A DNA stretch of 64,000 nucleotides from contig OZ244046.1 in the NCBI GenBank assembly GCA_965215055.1, forward strand, positions 1,199,202-1,263,201, written 5' to 3'. Position numbers and translations under genes: made by a program. Positions within the stretch are counted from its first letter, which is position 1, and the number at the start of each line of letters is the position of its first letter. The notes beneath the pieces were generated by a model, which ran no database searches, had not been told where the DNA came from, and was given only the letters and a program-made list of their open reading frames with translations. Below, one piece after another: positions 26,523 to 35,408 of this stretch. The DNA comes from Gammaproteobacteria bacterium (GTDB lineage Bacteria; Pseudomonadota; Gammaproteobacteria; UBA4575).

Positions 26523-28358
26523 ATGTGTGGAATTATTGGTGCTGTTGCAAATAGAGACGTGGCGCAAGTCTTGTTGGAAGGTCTGCATCGCCTGGAATAT
26601 CGAGGCTATGATTCCGCAGGCATGGTAGTGCTTGAGAACGGTGTGCTCAACCGCATTCGCAAAACGGGGAAGGTGCATGAATTAAGCAAGGCTCTGGACA
26701 AGTTTGCACTGGCGGGAGAACTGGGCATTGCCCATACTCGTTGGGCTACACATGGTGCACCGGCGGAAAATAATGCTCACCCGCATATTTGCAATAATCG
26801 GGTTGCCATTGTGCACAATGGCATTATCGAAAATTTTGAAACACTCAAAGCGCAACAAACTGCGCAAGGATTCAATTTTACCTCGGATACCGATACCGAA
26901 GTCATTGCCCACCAGATCGTCTTTTACCTGGACCAGGACAACGATTTTTTTACCGCCGTAAGTCGGGCAGCGGCAGACTTGAAAGGTGCTTACGCCCTGG
27001 GCGTGATCGATAAAAATAATCCTCAAAAATTGATTGCAGCACGCAATGGTAGCCCACTGGTTATCGGCAAAGGAGAAAACGAAAATTTTATCGCCTCCGA
27101 TGTACAGGCTTTAATAAGAGAGACACAAAAATTCATCTTTTTGGAAAACGGTGACATCGCGGAAATTACGAGCAACTCGATAAAAGTCGTCGATCAAACG
27201 AATGCACGTGTCAAGCGCAATGCAAAAACCAGCAAGCTATCCGCGAACGTTGGAGAAAAAGGCGATTACTCGCACTACATGCTTAAAGAGATTTATGAAC
27301 AGCCTCAGGCTATCGCTGATACGCTTGAAGGAAGGCTTGCCAACGGTCGGCTTGCACGGCAAATCCTCACGCCGCAGGCCGAGGAAACTTTACATCAAGC
27401 CAAGGCAATACAGATTGTTGCCTGCGGCACGAGCTATCATGCCGGGCTCGTCGCCAAGTTCTGGTTTGAAGAATTTGTGCGCCTTCCCTGTTCTGTAGAC
27501 GTTGCCAGTGAATTTCGTTATCGCAAGCACGTTATTCAACCGGACACGTTATTTATCGCTGTTTCCCAATCTGGTGAAACGGCAGACGTACTGGCCACGT
27601 TGCGACAGGCCAAACAAGAGGATTACATTGCTACGCTCGCTGTTTGCAACGTCCCGGAAAGCTCACTGGTGCGTGAATCGGATATAGTGTTGATGACTCA
27701 TGCCGGCCCCGAAATAGGAGTGGCTTCTACCAAAGCCTTTACCACACAACTGGTGGCGTTGCTGATGTTAGTGATTATCGCTAGCCGTCGTCACGAGACG
27801 CATGATGAACTTGAAAAAATGTTGGTCGAACAGCTTGTAACCTTGCCAACGCGAATTAATGAAGTGCTTGAACTCGATGCCAGAGTTAAAAAACTGGCCG
27901 AATACTATGGTGATAAAGAACATGCACTGTTCCTGGGTCGGGGTACTCATCATCCGGTGGCCAAAGAGGGCGCGCTGAAGCTGAAAGAGGTGTCCTACAT
28001 TCACGCCGAAGCTTACCCTGCCGGTGAATTAAAGCACGGCCCTATTGCCTTGATAGATACCAAGACACCTGTTGTTGCCGTGGCGCCCAATAACCAACTA
28101 TTAAAAAAACTGAAATCCAATATAGAAGAAGTACATGCACGTGGCGGTGTTCTACATGTATTTGCAGACGTCAATTCCAATCTTGCCGCCGCAGCCAAAA
28201 ATAACGTTACTGTTTTGGAAATTAATGCACCGGAAAATGCCGTCGCCCCGATCATTTTTAGCGTGCCTTTACAACTGCTTGCTTATCACGTCGCGGTTCT
28301 GAAAGGAGCCGACATTGATCAGCCCAGAAATTTAGCCAAATCTGTTACAGTGGAATAA
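26523..28358 (+). CDS. glmS: glutamine--fructose-6-phosphate aminotransferase GlmS
   Basis: 611 aa. N-terminal MCGIIGAV (Ntn Cys), two SIS domains, C-terminal ...SVTVE. Confidence 0.97.
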   Translation: MCGIIGAVANRDVAQVLLEGLHRLEYRGYDSAGMVVLENGVLNRIRKTGKVHELSKALDKFALAGELGIAHTRWATHGAPAENNAHPHICNNRVAIVHNGIIENFETLKAQQTAQGFNFTSDTDTEVIAHQIVFYLDQDNDFFTAVSRAAADLKGAYALGVIDKNNPQKLIAARNGSPLVIGKGENENFIASDVQALIRETQKFIFLENGDIAEITSNSIKVVDQTNARVKRNAKTSKLSANVGEKGDYSHYMLKEIYEQPQAIADTLEGRLANGRLARQILTPQAEETLHQAKAIQIVACGTSYHAGLVAKFWFEEFVRLPCSVDVASEFRYRKHVIQPDTLFIAVSQSGETADVLATLRQAKQEDYIATLAVCNVPESSLVRESDIVLMTHAGPEIGVASTKAFTTQLVALLMLVIIASRRHETHDELEKMLVEQLVTLPTRINEVLELDARVKKLAEYYGDKEHALFLGRGTHHPVAKEGALKLKEVSYIHAEAYPAGELKHGPIALIDTKTPVVAVAPNNQLLKKLKSNIEEVHARGGVLHVFADVNSNLAAAAKNNVTVLEINAPENAVAPIIFSVPLQLLAYHVAVLKGADIDQPRNLAKSVTVE

Positions 28359-28392
28359 TTTTGAATACCTATTAAACATACATAGACACTTC

Positions 28393-28418
28393 AACCGGCA
28401 GCTAGGTCATCACCGGTT
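28393..28418. terminator. possible bidirectional hairpin between convergent glmS and the DGQHR gene
   Basis: AACCGG (28393-28398) and CCGGTT (28413-28418) form a 6-bp stem around a 14-nt loop, followed by a pyrimidine-rich CTTTGCTACTTCTCT. Weak for an intrinsic terminator. Confidence 0.3.
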
Positions 28419-28450
28419 CTTTGCTACTTCTCTACCACAAAGTTTATGCT

Positions 28451-29584
28451 CTATATATCCAGTTCCGGTAATAACGATAGCAAATATTCTGCTAATCGGC
28501 GTTTTCCAGCAGCTGAACTGAAAGAGCCAGCGGCCCCTCTGTAACCTGTCCTCCAAAATTCTGCTCCCTGGACTGATACTCCCTCGCCATTCAACCCGTC
28601 TATATCATTCAAGGCTTTGTTTAGAAACGGTACATAGGACTCTGGTTCAAAGAGAGAGCCACCCTCAGAGCGGGCTAGGTCGAGCACAACTGGAAAAATT
28701 GAATGAAGCGCATCAACGCCAACTCCCTTTTGAATATTGTAATCTGATGGGAACTCAAAAGTTTTTGGCAGTACGCGACGAACGGCACGCCAATAGGCAT
28801 CTATTACCTGTGCCTGCCTTTCATGTGACCTGATATTTTGGAAAAGAGCAGTCTGTGTCAACAAGAGCTTGAGAGACCTAACGAACGATGCAGATGGTAC
28901 GGTCGTGTCACCCTTAGGCATGTTGGGCAATCGGATACGATCTTTCCAAGTACTCGAAGATTGCGACAAACGTTCGGTGAGAATTTGTGCATTGATTTCC
29001 CATGTCTTACCTCTCTCTTCAACCTCTTTCGCAAAAGAAGGATCGCTTGCAGCACGCGCTTTCATTAAATCTAAAGCAAGATCGGTTGGAACAGATTTTG
29101 CGTTCGAATTTACTACATGGAATTGCTTCATTTCACTACTTTCATCGGCACCGATCATGCACACGAAAGGAATTTTTATATTTTGAACATCTGCATCATA
29201 CTCATCTATCGCCTTTTGAAGAGCGAGAATCCGGTGTTGTCCATCAACCACCAGTAAGCAATGATCATTGGATGCCTTGTCTGGATTAAGGCAGAGGATA
29301 TAATTATCTGAACCATCCCTAGTGAGAACATCTTTCTCTTTTGCATTTCGCAAATTGAGCAGTACTGATGTTGGCAAATCCACAGTTTTCTTTGAGATTT
29401 CTCGTGCAAGTTGAGTGATTCGCGATTCTTTTGGATTACGTTGATACCCTGTTTCTTTGAGAACGTTTCGGTGGGGAACATGATGGTGTAATATCAATAC
29501 GCGAGCAGGCATTACACCAACAACGGTTATAATTTTATTTCGTAACGTTGGTCCCCGAACTACTCGCACTTTTGATGTACTCAT
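28451..29584 (-). CDS. DGQHR-domain protein (DndB-like, ParB/Srx-fold), solitary
   Basis: Contains the literal VVDGQHR motif together with upstream QR/NP-type motifs. ~377 aa from the ATG at 29584, which has an AAGGAAAAA RBS (the ORF track extends to 29623). By eye it is lower in GC than the flanking core genes. No dndCDE genes are nearby. Confidence 0.7.
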   Translation of the reverse strand: MSTSKVRVVRGPTLRNKIITVVGVMPARVLILHHHVPHRNVLKETGYQRNPKESRITQLAREISKKTVDLPTSVLLNLRNAKEKDVLTRDGSDNYILCLNPDKASNDHCLLVVDGQHRILALQKAIDEYDADVQNIKIPFVCMIGADESSEMKQFHVVNSNAKSVPTDLALDLMKARAASDPSFAKEVEERGKTWEINAQILTERLSQSSSTWKDRIRLPNMPKGDTTVPSASFVRSLKLLLTQTALFQNIRSHERQAQVIDAYWRAVRRVLPKTFEFPSDYNIQKGVGVDALHSIFPVVLDLARSEGGSLFEPESYVPFLNKALNDIDGLNGEGVSVQGAEFWRTGYRGAAGSFSSAAGKRRLAEYLLSLLPELDI

Positions 29585-29755
29585 AAATTTTTCCTTTGAA
29601 ATTAGGCTTAAAATCCTGCGCATTATACATAAAATAAAAAAGTGAGCAAGAATATAGAGCAGAAAAATTATGATTCCATCTTAGATCAAATTTAAAAATC
29701 TACTCTCCGGGTTTGGTTTATAATAGCGATAACACCTTCCGTCAGAGGGGTAATC

Positions 29756-30559
29756 GTGCTGGATTATCTGTATCACCATGAAATCTTGATTCGTTTGTCC
29801 AGCTTTGTCCTGGTATTTGCGATTTTCGCGATTTGGGAAGTGCTGAAACCGCGGCGCACTTGGTTGTACTCAAAAGGCGTGCGCTGGCTGAATAACCTTG
29901 GCATTGTCCTGTTGAATACTTTCACTATTCGGTTGGTAGTTCCTTTCACAGCTGCTGCGATGGCCGCAATCGCTCAGCAGCAAAATCTTGGACTGTTCAA
30001 CAGTGTACAAATGCCGGTATGGTTATCAATCATAATAGCCGTGCTGATAATGGACGCGGTACTTTATTTTCAACACCTGGCTTTCCATCATGTTCCTTTT
30101 CTGTGGCGACTGCACCGCATGCATCACGCCGACCTGGATTTTGACGTTACCACGGGAATACGATTTCACCCGTTTGAAATACTGCTGTCACTGATCGTAA
30201 AAATAGCCGTAGTACTTATGCTTGGTGCTCCGGTTATGGCAGTTGTTATTTTTGAAATCCTGTTGAATGCGACCTCCTTGTTCAATCACGCCAATATCCA
30301 TATTCCTGCAAGGGTGGATAAAGTATTACGCCGTTTTTTAGTAACTCCGGACATGCACCGAGTTCATCACTCGATTGTTATGAGCGAAACCAACAGCAAC
30401 TTCGGTTTCAACCTGCCGTGGTGGGATTACCTGTTCAAGACGTATCGCGATCAACCCGGTGCAGGTCATGTAAACATGACCATCGGCATTGAGCATTTCC
30501 GCACACCACGCGATCTTTGGCTGGATCTTTTACTGGCGCAGCCATTCAGAAACAAATAG
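29756..30559 (+). CDS. fatty acid hydroxylase / sterol desaturase family membrane protein
   Basis: 267 aa polytopic protein with His-box motifs (HHVPFLWRLHRMHHAD, HRVHH) characteristic of the FA hydroxylase superfamily. Confidence 0.75.
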   Translation: MLDYLYHHEILIRLSSFVLVFAIFAIWEVLKPRRTWLYSKGVRWLNNLGIVLLNTFTIRLVVPFTAAAMAAIAQQQNLGLFNSVQMPVWLSIIIAVLIMDAVLYFQHLAFHHVPFLWRLHRMHHADLDFDVTTGIRFHPFEILLSLIVKIAVVLMLGAPVMAVVIFEILLNATSLFNHANIHIPARVDKVLRRFLVTPDMHRVHHSIVMSETNSNFGFNLPWWDYLFKTYRDQPGAGHVNMTIGIEHFRTPRDLWLDLLLAQPFRNK

Positions 30560-30584
30560 TCGTTTCAATTAAAGCGCATAAGTT

Positions 30585-30660
<76 letters not shown>

Positions 30661-30769
30661 GCGCAAGTGGATGATAGCGCGTTGTAAAGAGGTTTGTATA
30701 TTTATGATCAGTGTCGCCGTGCACGGATGATAGCATCCATCTCGTCAATCAGATTATATGGGTGCCTTC

Positions 30770-31870
30770 TTATGGTAACTGATAGGCATACGGAGCTACT
30801 TGCGATGCGTGGATTGAATTGGTAACCAAGCCGACAAGCAGGTTGGCGGATGCAGTGCTCATCGCTATGCCGTTTCGATAGTGACCACTGTTGATGTAGA
30901 GGCCGGTTATTTCAGGGTGTTCGCATATATAGGGAACGCCACGCGAAGTACCAGGGCGAAGAGCTGCCCACTGTTGTTGCAGTCCAGCATTTTTCAGCCC
31001 GGGGCACATTTCCTGTGCCTTTGCATGAAGGTCGTCTGCTGCCTGTTGAGTAACGTTGCTTTCAAAACCGACGTGCTCCAGCGTGCTGCCACAAAGCACG
31101 AGGCCGTCTTTGCGCGAAATCAGATAAGTCTCCCCGTTTACCAGAATACGTGAGAACAGATGGGTCTGCGGTCTGTATAAAAGCATTTGCCCGCGCACGG
31201 GCACGATATCCGTTTTCTTGGCCGTAAGGGGCTGTAGAAGAGCTGTTGTCCAGGCACCTCCGCAAAGCACAACCTTATCTGCAAACAACTTCCCTTGTGG
31301 CGTAATCGCGCCCTGTACACGGCTCGATTGAAATAACAGCTTCTGCACCGCAAGATGCTCCAGAATTTTGACACCGCATCGTTGTAAAGACTTTTTAAGG
31401 GCTTGAATAAGGCGAGGGGACCGCACCTGTTTGACATTGGGTAAATAAAGAGCCTCGTGAAAATTGGGCAACAGATTTGGTTCAAGTTCGAATAGATCTC
31501 GTGAAGTTACGAATTCAATCGGCTCGTTGTTTTTACTTGCCCATCGTATTGCCTGGTTTTTCTCAGCCGTGTCCAGGACAATCATTCCGGAGCAAACAGC
31601 CTCGGGGTCTATTTTTGTTTCTTGTTTTAATTCCTCCGTAAGAGCAGGGAACAGGCGCTGGCTTTCAGTGATCAACATCCGTGCAGGTTGGCCCAGCCGC
31701 CACGGATGTAGCGATGCCAGGATTCCACCAGCCGCCCAAGTTGCCTTTCCGCCAAGATCGCCTTTTTCTATGATTGCAACTTGCAGGCCCGCAAAGTGTA
31801 AATTGCGTGCGGTGAGCATGCCCATGATTCCACCACCGATGACCAAGGTATCATAATAGTGCGTTTGCAT
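30770..31870 (-). CDS. thiO: FAD-dependent glycine oxidase ThiO
   Basis: 366 aa with a DTLVIGGGIMG FAD fold. The C-terminal block ALRPGTSRGVPYICEHPE...SGHYRNGI matches B. subtilis ThiO. Adjacent to thiS-thiG. Confidence 0.75.
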   Translation of the reverse strand: MQTHYYDTLVIGGGIMGMLTARNLHFAGLQVAIIEKGDLGGKATWAAGGILASLHPWRLGQPARMLITESQRLFPALTEELKQETKIDPEAVCSGMIVLDTAEKNQAIRWASKNNEPIEFVTSRDLFELEPNLLPNFHEALYLPNVKQVRSPRLIQALKKSLQRCGVKILEHLAVQKLLFQSSRVQGAITPQGKLFADKVVLCGGAWTTALLQPLTAKKTDIVPVRGQMLLYRPQTHLFSRILVNGETYLISRKDGLVLCGSTLEHVGFESNVTQQAADDLHAKAQEMCPGLKNAGLQQQWAALRPGTSRGVPYICEHPEITGLYINSGHYRNGIAMSTASANLLVGLVTNSIHASQVAPYAYQLP

Positions 31871-31900
31871 ATGGGGCAGTAGCGTTTATAGTGATAAAAC

Positions 31901-31974
31901 TGGAGCGGGTGATGGGAATCGAACCCACGTTCTCAGCTTGGGAAGCTGATGTTCTACCATTGAACTACACCCGC
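31901..31974 (-). tRNA. tRNA-Gly(CCC)
   Basis: Minus-strand 74 nt GCGGGTGTAGTTCAATGGTAGAACATCAGCTTCCCAAGCTGAGAACGTGGGTTCGATTCCCATCACCCGCTCCA. Anticodon loop TTCCCAA. Confidence 0.85.
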
Positions 31975-32053
31975 AATAAGTACCATTTTAGCGACTGTTG
32001 CAGCATTACCAATACGGTTTATTCATAGTAATGATATTTAATACGTACAAAAT

Positions 32054-32254
32054 ATGAAAATTACTGTAAATGGTGAGCAAACTGAGGTGGCGAACGGCAT
32101 GACCGCCTATCTGCTGCTTGAGGAACTCGGCCTGACGGAACAAAGGCTTGCGCTGGAGATCAACGAAGAAATAATACCGCGCAGTGTATTATCGCAACGT
32201 GTGCTACAAGCGGATGATCGTGTGGAAATCATTCATGCCGTCGGTGGAGGTTGA
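32054..32254 (+). CDS. thiS: sulfur carrier protein ThiS
   Basis: 66 aa ending in the diagnostic C-terminal GG (…IIHAVGGG). Ubiquitin-like size. Confidence 0.8.
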   Translation: MKITVNGEQTEVANGMTAYLLLEELGLTEQRLALEINEEIIPRSVLSQRVLQADDRVEIIHAVGGG

Positions 32255-32358
32255 GTTGGTTTTGAGGACAAAATAGGGGGAGTCATATTTCACGAAAGAT
32301 ATGAAAACGGTCGTGCAGTGTTGACTATATCAACACGATGTTGATTTAAGTAGTTGGA

Positions 32359-32459
32359 TTTTACTCTTTAGGGATAGTGTGGTCCGGCGGTTGCCAATAT
32401 AATTCTGCGGAAATGTTCAAGGTCTCTATCATGGCGGCATTGTCTGCTGTGACTTCAAC
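32359..32459. repeat. left copy of a ~100-bp imperfect direct repeat flanking the thiS/thiG insertion
   Basis: Aligns colinearly with 37288-37389 at roughly 80% identity. Shared blocks include TTTTACTCT, GGTTGCCAATA, ATTCTG and TTCAAGG. Weaker similarity extends ~30 bp further upstream (ATGTTG). Confidence 0.7.
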
Positions 32460-32555
32460 TTTTTTATGCTGCCCGCAGACGGCACCATTGACGATACTTC
32501 ATTCTGAGTGAAGCAGCCGAATTCGTAACAGTAGCAATCGGGCTGAGGTTATGTC

Positions 32556-33581
32556 ATGCTTTCTTTTAGTTGTACGACTCACCTGAAAAATTCTCTCAAC
32601 GCGAGAAATTACATGCGGGAACGCGCTTCAAGGAACCAGACGCTGTCATGCACAAGTGAGGATATCATGAGGCTGTCTCATGACATCATGCGGGTGGAAA
32701 CGACTGTTACCCAGAGAGATATCGAGGACCGAGTCATTGGTGGAGATATTTTCGATGTGGTGAGATATTTTCCCGCCTCATTTGTTGATCTCCTCATTTT
32801 AGACCCTCCGTATAATCTATCTAAGAATTTCAATGGGAATTTATTCAGAAAGAAAGAAAAACAAGAGTATGTTTTGTGGTTTGAGAGTGTTATTGAATTA
32901 CTAGACCCATTGATGAAGCCAACAGCGACAATATACGTATGCTCAGATTGGAAAACATCTACGCTTGTTTATCCGATATTGGAATCAAAATTTTCTGTGA
33001 GAAACAGAATTACATGGGAGCGAGAAAAAGGACGTGGTTCAAAGATAAACTGGAAGAATAATACGGAAGATGTCTGGTTTTGTACAAAGTCTGACCGCTA
33101 CTTTTTTGATGTTGATGCAGTAAAGCTAAAGAAGAAAGTTCTTGCACCCTATAGAATAAATGGAAAGCCGAAAGACTGGAGACAGGAGCAGAAGGGTAAT
33201 TATCGCTTGACACACCCATCCAATATTTGGACTGATTTGACGATCCCGTTCTGGTCGATGCCGGAAAACACCGATCACCCCACTCAAAAACCAGAGAAAT
33301 TGATTGCGAAACTTATTCTCGCGAGTTCGAAGAAAGGAGACTTTGTGTTTGATCCGTTCCTTGGTAGCGGCACGACTGCGGTTGTAGCAAAGAAATTGTC
33401 AAGGCGCTGGTGTGGGGTTGAGCTTAATTCTGAATACCTTTGCTGGGCACTAAAACGTGTCGTTGCCGTAACGAAAAACTCGACAATCCAGGGATATGAA
33501 AACGGTGTGTTTTGGGAGAGAAACTCACTCCCCAATCGAAATAAGGAAGCCTATAACTTTCAGGAAACCTTGTTCCCGTGA
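32556..33581 (+). CDS. type II DNA methyltransferase, beta-class (N6-adenine or N4-cytosine; DPPY motif)
   Basis: Motif IV ILDPPYNL lies N-terminal and motif I FDPFLGSGTTAVVA lies C-terminal, which is the beta-group order. AT-rich coding sequence. The true start may be one of several internal Met codons. Confidence 0.8.
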   Translation: MLSFSCTTHLKNSLNARNYMRERASRNQTLSCTSEDIMRLSHDIMRVETTVTQRDIEDRVIGGDIFDVVRYFPASFVDLLILDPPYNLSKNFNGNLFRKKEKQEYVLWFESVIELLDPLMKPTATIYVCSDWKTSTLVYPILESKFSVRNRITWEREKGRGSKINWKNNTEDVWFCTKSDRYFFDVDAVKLKKKVLAPYRINGKPKDWRQEQKGNYRLTHPSNIWTDLTIPFWSMPENTDHPTQKPEKLIAKLILASSKKGDFVFDPFLGSGTTAVVAKKLSRRWCGVELNSEYLCWALKRVVAVTKNSTIQGYENGVFWERNSLPNRNKEAYNFQETLFP

Positions 33582-34246
33582 GATCGGGTTTTTATTATAA
33601 AGGCTACTACAAAGCGATAGCTTCAAATATCAGAGAGTATATCAACTCGTTACAAGATTTCCTTTCGCCTGAAACGGCATGTAGTCCTAGAGCTGTTGGC
33701 GATGCACTTGAATCACTTGTGGCAGAAAAGTTTGATACCTTCCTTGGGGATTGGTGCAAAGAATACTCGAGAGATTTTGCCCGCCGCGCCATGGCTGACA
33801 TGGCATTTACTGATAAGGAAGGCATTTATTCCGTAATAGATGTCAAAACTCACAGAGAAGACACCAAATTCAACATGCCTAACCTTACTTCAGTAGAACG
33901 ATTGGCTCGGTTTTATGAGTCTGATGCCAATGTTTTCTCCCTTATCATAATTAAATATTCGATTGAAGGCACAAATATCGAAGTATCGGAGGTTTTATTT
34001 TCACCAATCGAATTTCTGGACTGGAGTTGCTTGACTGTAGGTGCGCTTGGCTGGGGCCAGATTCAGATCGCGAATTCCAATGATATCCGTATTATAGATA
34101 AATTCTCACGAAAGAAATGGATGTTACAGCTATGTGATGTGTTAATGGAATTTTATCCGAGAGAAATTGGCAAAATCCGGGACAGGATCGATCGCTTCAA
34201 CACGGTAAGGGAGTATTGGGAGTCAAAAGAAGACGTTTGGACTTGA
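33578..34246 (+). CDS. putative type II restriction endonuclease (PD-(D/E)XK-like)
   Basis: 222-aa ORF. Its GTG start overlaps the methyltransferase stop (GTGA). Candidate catalytic motif FTD...VIDVK. No family I can name with certainty. Assignment rests on linkage, size and motif. Confidence 0.5.
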   Translation: MRSGFYYKGYYKAIASNIREYINSLQDFLSPETACSPRAVGDALESLVAEKFDTFLGDWCKEYSRDFARRAMADMAFTDKEGIYSVIDVKTHREDTKFNMPNLTSVERLARFYESDANVFSLIIIKYSIEGTNIEVSEVLFSPIEFLDWSCLTVGALGWGQIQIANSNDIRIIDKFSRKKWMLQLCDVLMEFYPREIGKIRDRIDRFNTVREYWESKEDVWT

Positions 34247-34282
34247 TTAACGCAAATAATTGAGAGAGCCAACCTATAAACC

Positions 34283-35404
34283 ATGAACTCGGAACGCCAT
34301 ATGGATCGCCTGCCCCCTGAGTGGACGTGGTGGCAACGTGATCTCGTTATTTTAGGTGAGTTGCTGGTGTACGGTACTGGCATTGCTTTTGCAGCGATCT
34401 GCCTGAGCCTCCTATTTGAGAATCCACTACAATTAAAATGCGAATGTTGGTTGTATGTACTTGGAATCCTATTTCTAGTTGGGCTCTATATGGTTCGTCT
34501 CCTGCGGCATCCTTTTCGAGTACATGAAGAGAGGCTCGTTGATCGCACGGAAGTCGAAGCATTATTTAAGCAGGCATCTCCAGATGCCGGTAAAAATCTC
34601 CGTAAGCTTATTAAATGTCTCGAACACGAAGGTCCAAGCACATGGACGGAATATAGAATTCTACCCGTAGAGCAGGATGCATTGAAACGGCTTTCTGCCA
34701 AAGATTTGATTGCTAAAGCGCATGCGCGACTAGACGATCTCAAGGAATACGATGAAAAAAGAGGTGAGGAAGAGAAAGAGTACTTTAATAAGCGTGAAAA
34801 GCGATTACACAAGTCCATTAAGACGTTAAAAGAGGAGTTAAAAGAGACCAGTTCATCAGATACGGAGAAAGTTAAGCGTAGAAAAAAAGCAAAAAAAGCC
34901 TTGAGAGCAGACTTGGGAATGCTTCTTGAAACGCTCGCCGATTATGACAAGAACTGGGCAATTGGATCGGAAATATTGCGAGCATTATTGATAGTCATTT
35001 CATTCACTATACCCATTTTATTGGTTTTGGGAGTAGCTCCGGTTCTTATGCCACCAAGAGAAAGTCTTGGATTTGTCAATTGGGCACTTTTGGGGGTAGC
35101 GGGATCACTCACAGCAGTATTACGAAAGCTTTATTTGGGTAGTAAAGTGGAGGTTGGAGATACAGAAGGAAAAAACGAGTTATACCAAACTATCAAGGGT
35201 GCAGTTTTGGGTTTGGTCTCCGGGGTTCTAGTCTTTGCGATGCTCTCGGGTAATATTATATCGAAGGGAACCATAGTGCCTGATGTGGATAGCTGTGACT
35301 TAAAGCAGATTTATCTCTCTGTTTTCTGGGCTTTTATGGCTGGGTTCGCGTTTGAAAATTTCTTCGATAAAGTTCAACGAGAACAGATCGGAAAATACAA
35401 CTGA
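34283..35404 (+). CDS. hypothetical membrane protein with central coiled-coil/charged region
   Basis: 373 aa. Two N-terminal hydrophobic helices, then a ~130-aa highly charged K/E-rich segment (KEYDEKRGEEEKEYFNKREKRLHKSIKTLKEELKE...KVKRRKKAKKALRADL), then 3-4 C-terminal TM helices. No recognisable family. Confidence 0.5.
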   Translation: MNSERHMDRLPPEWTWWQRDLVILGELLVYGTGIAFAAICLSLLFENPLQLKCECWLYVLGILFLVGLYMVRLLRHPFRVHEERLVDRTEVEALFKQASPDAGKNLRKLIKCLEHEGPSTWTEYRILPVEQDALKRLSAKDLIAKAHARLDDLKEYDEKRGEEEKEYFNKREKRLHKSIKTLKEELKETSSSDTEKVKRRKKAKKALRADLGMLLETLADYDKNWAIGSEILRALLIVISFTIPILLVLGVAPVLMPPRESLGFVNWALLGVAGSLTAVLRKLYLGSKVEVGDTEGKNELYQTIKGAVLGLVSGVLVFAMLSGNIISKGTIVPDVDSCDLKQIYLSVFWAFMAGFAFENFFDKVQREQIGKYN

Positions 35405-35408
35405 TAAA

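Noticed and set aside
28359-28460. Tn7-like element at the attTn7 position downstream of glmS
   Set aside because: No tnsABCDE-like genes and no arrays of 22-bp TnsB-binding repeats or 8-bp TGT terminal motifs in the ~90-bp spacer. Only a single convergent DGQHR gene follows.
31975-32053. TPP (THI-box) riboswitch upstream of thiS or within the 100-bp repeats
   Set aside because: The spacer is only 79 bp and lacks the CUGAGA / ACCUGAUCUGGAUAAUGCCAGCG-type core. The repeats contain CTGAGGAG/CTGCGGAA but no convincing THI-box stem P3/P5 elements.
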